From assembly GCA_963693365.1 (NCBI GenBank), contig CAVNZM010000014.1, positions 5,580,001 through 5,644,000 of the forward strand: a stretch of DNA of 64,000 bases. The letters run 5' to 3'. Shown piece after piece: positions 60,391 to 64,000 of this stretch. Below the pieces are notes generated by a model, which saw only the letters and a list, made by a program, of their open reading frames with translations, did no database searches and had not been told where the DNA came from. Source of the stretch: Amoebidium appalachense (lineage: Eukaryota > Protista > Ichthyosporea). The translations under genes and the position numbers were made by a program. Every line of letters starts with the position of its first letter. The stretch's first letter is position 1.

Positions 60391-61236
60391 TTTAAAGGAT
60401 TATAATATACGTATGGAAGACCCGTTCTAGGTGTTTTGTGTGCTGCGGTTAGATCAGCTTTGCTCGACTCAGTACAGGATTAGGCTGGCGCCGCGTGGCT
60501 GTGTTGCGAAGGTTGCTGTGCCGTGTACAATCACCTTTTCCTTCTCTCTTCTCTCTGGACAACTGGCACACACACCACTCTCAACGTGAACCAACGTGAA
60601 CCTAAGTGATGACAGGGATACAGTGAAACAGCCTACGGGTTTTCTCTGTCTTGAAGTGAGCGGAACGCCGACGCGGCGGCAGTTTTTGTTGTTTCCATGG
60701 GACTACGAGCCATCCAATCAAAAAACGAATCGCCCTCCGATCTGAATAATCTGGAAACAGAAACGACGAAATCGCCGAATATTTCATGAAACATTCCTGT
60801 CATTTCATACATTTTCATGCCATTGAAAGATTTGGCGCCAACTATTGTGATATCGCAAACTTTTGAAAAACTCGGGAGACAAAGCACACACACACGTGCA
60901 CACCGGCCCACCTTGTATGTTACATTTGATGTTTCAGGTTATGAACTACACTTAAGGAGCACAAAGCGAAGTTTAAAGGGTCTTTTTGGCCGTCTGCGTG
61001 ACTTTTTAAACCAAACAGGCTTGTATATTGTAACACTTCTATACTTCTGGACACCCGGTCTGATCTCCCAACTTGAGAAGCTTATTGCTTATTAGCACTC
61101 GGAAAGATTTGAATACCCGTGAAGTAGCAAAGAAATAGGTACCCTTTTTTTTATGTCATTCGCGCCAAACTTTTTCCTAAAACTTTAAACCAATTCCTGC
61201 ATCCAAGCCGCCTCGTGTGTCATTCCTTCTATCACC

Positions 61237-61450
61237 ATGGCTGAGGACCAACGCACCACGGAGCAAAAGCTCCTGGAATACCTTGCCACACCAGAGACCG
61301 AAGAGGCGCACGATAAGTTTCTGGACGATTACATTGCTGGAAGGGTGCCCCGGTACAAGGACCACTTGGATCTGGACAGGGACGATTGGGAGGAGGTACA
61401 TCTCGATTGACTTGTTTTCTCTTTCCTGTGTTTTTTGATGTTTTTCTTTT

Positions 61451-61527
<77 letters not shown>

Positions 61528-61528
61528 T

Positions 61529-61610
<82 letters not shown>

Positions 61611-61742
61611 TGGGGCTGGGGGGGGGGGAGTGGGGAGGAGGGGTGTGGGAAGAAGGGGGAGGGGGTGAGGGGTGGTGGGGGAGAGGGTAAGGGCAGAGGG
61701 GAAAGGAGATGGTTTGTAGTCTTTTTTTTTTCTTTTTTTTTT

Positions 61743-61773
<31 letters not shown>

Positions 61774-62982
61774 GGGGGGGTTGGGAGGGGGGGGGAAGGG
61801 GAGGACGGGGGTGGTCTTGTGCGGCATTAGTGTCCAGTGTTTTCACACACAGCGGATAACATGGGCAAGTGAATGAATGGCATTCAAAAGAGCGAACACA
61901 GAAAGAAGTATACCATGCAACAAAAGCAGGCTTCGAGGGGATGGCAAGTGTGTCTTGGTTCGCTGATGCTAACTCCCACATCCTTTCATTGCCGTGTCTC
62001 TCCTTCCGGACGTACTTGCGATGACTTGTGATGGGTATGTGCTCGTAAGTCTACCAATCACCACCAGTAGAAAGCGCTCACCCATCTTGCTTGATCATTT
62101 TTGTTCCCATCCACAGCAAATTCAATCTGTTCCGCTGTTTATGAATCGTGCGCCTACTGCTGAAGAGGTTGCAAAGAACCCAAACCTGGCTGCTCTGGCC
62201 AGTATTATCCACGATGAGTCGGATCCAAAAGGTGTGTGTGTTTGTGTGTGTGTGTGCGTGGGTGGGTGGGTGGGATAAATATGTGTGTGTGTATGTATGT
62301 ATGTGTATGTGTGTGTAGTGTGTGTGTATGTGTGTGGTGGGTGGGTGGGTGGGATAAATGTGTGTGTGTGTGTATGTATGTATGTGTATGTGTGTGTAGT
62401 GTGTGTGTGTGTGTGTGGTGGGTGGGTGGGTGGGTAGGGTGTGCACGTGTGTGTTTTGTGCGTGCGTGTTGTGTGTGTCTGTGTGTGTTTGTGTGTTTGT
62501 GTGTGTCTGTGTGTGTTTGTGTGTTTGTGTGTGTGTGTGTGTGTGTACTCGGGGTGGCAAGCAGTCGTGTGTGTGTGTGTGTGTGTGTGTGTTGGGGGTG
62601 CTGGGGGGAAGAGGGGGAGGGGGGTTGGTAGGTGTGTGTGTGTTGGGGGGGGGGGGGGGGGGGGGAGGGGGTTGGATGGGCGGTGTGTGTGTGTGTGTGT
62701 GTGTGTGTTGGAGGGTTAGGTTGCCTAGAGGGGGAAGGAGGCGTAGGTGGGTTGCCGGGGGAAGGGGGGGGGGGGGGGGGGGGGGGTTGTTTGCTTGTGC
62801 GTGGCTGTGCATCTGTCATCTGATTTTGTAAGTATATACCGTGGTGAATGGGTGACATTATGATTGTGTGTTGGTGGTGAGAAGGGGAAAGATGGAGGGA
62901 CGGGCAGGGGAGGGGAGAGGGACGGGGTGTTGGGGCTGGGGGAGAGAGGGAGGGTTTGGGGGTATGGGGAGTTGGGACGGGG

Positions 62983-63020
<38 letters not shown>

Positions 63021-63097
63021 GGACAAGAGTGTGTGGTTGCAGGGAGATATTTTTGGGGGTGGCAAAGGGATGTAGTTGTAATCTTGCCCCCCCCCCC

Positions 63098-63128
<31 letters not shown>

Positions 63129-63646
63129 ACACACACACACATCCATCCTCATATGATAATACCGACAAACACCTTTGACGTTTGCATTGAGTTCTAAAAC
63201 CCAAGCGGGCCAAGGCAGGGCTTTGCGTAACGATAATGTATGATTGCAAGTATATGATTGGTCAGGTTTAAAAGTTCTCTGACCTTAGATTCATCTCAAC
63301 TAATCCTACAACGGTAATTTGCGCAATGGCATGCCTTGCTCCGATTGTTACAGAATAAAATGCAACGGCTATAACATAACATAACATAACCTCACATTCA
63401 TAACCCGTATAAACAGTAAACAGGCAATATAATCTCTTGACTCATCACATAAAACATTCCCACGTATACACACAGAACACGCAAGATACTACAAAGACCA
63501 AGGAAACGCCGAATTCAAGAAAGGAGACCGAAAATCATACAAGAAGGCGATAGACCACTACACGGAGGGAATAAAGGTGAAGGATTGCCCTAGTGACATA
63601 CAGGCTACACTCTACTCGAATAGAGCTGCGGCAAATTTGGCGTTAG
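61237..63646 (+). CDS. TTC4: TTC4/CNS1 Hsp70/Hsp90 co-chaperone (TPR), 5' part; exons 61237-61395, 62117-62231, 63476-63646; continues beyond the window
   Basis: WEE.IQSVPLFMNRAP...NPNLAALASII...ARYYKDQGN.EFK...AIDHYTEGI...LYSNRAAANLALG; phase-consistent introns. Confidence 0.92.
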
Positions 63647-64000
63647 GTAGGTTGTGTGAGGGGTGTGGGGTGATGTGGATAATCGGGGGGGGGGGGGGGG
63701 GGGGATGTGGAGGGGGGGAGGGGGGATGGGAAGGAATGGATGGGGATCCGTTAGTGGGTTTGGAAGGTGCAAATCTGGCGTGGGGGTGTGGGTGGGTGGG
63801 TGTTGGTCTGTGTGTGGGTATGTGTGGATGGTGGTGGGGGGGGGGGGGGGGGGGGGGGGGGGAGGGGAGGGGGGGATGGTGTGGATGTGGGGGGGGGGTA
63901 TGTGGATGTGTGTGAACGGGGAGGAGGGGAAGCGGTGGGGGGAGATGGGGGAAGGGATGGAGGTGTGGCGTGATGAGTGTGGGTGGGTGGGGATGTGGAT

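Overview
Eukaryotic DNA (probably a unicellular opisthokont; not determinable here) saturated with (CA)/(GT), (CT) and poly-G/C tracts, so most six-frame ORFs are low-complexity noise. Five host genes were assembled by hand, four with phase-consistent GT-AG introns: a 7-exon membrane-anchored GDSL/SGNH hydrolase (25065-32184,+), a 5-exon bacterial-style MAPEG protein (34288-37408,-), an intronless C2H2 zinc-finger protein (54859-56118,+), an LCL2-like secreted protein (58110-60390,-) and the first three exons of TTC4/CNS1 (61237-63646,+). There are two nested transposon clusters. In 0.6-6.9 kb, a full-length APE-RT LINE sits with an 8-bp TSD inside an antisense truncated copy of its own family and itself carries a solo LTR. 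In 38-54 kb, a pogo-like element (TA TSD) and a young chromodomain Ty3/Gypsy (TTCTG TSD) inserted about 45 bp apart in one arm of a fold-back repeat whose empty version is at 51.0-51.3 kb; a DIRS-type RNaseH/methyltransferase remnant follows. A ~7.6 kb modular satellite-like array lies at 12.7-20.3 kb. The most unusual signals are (CA)n-CAG splice acceptors with distant branch points, a LINE with no poly(A) tail, a Gypsy with no canonical tRNA PBS, and a 33-bp palindrome between 8-bp direct repeats. Coordinates were read by eye and homopolymer lengths may be unreliable.
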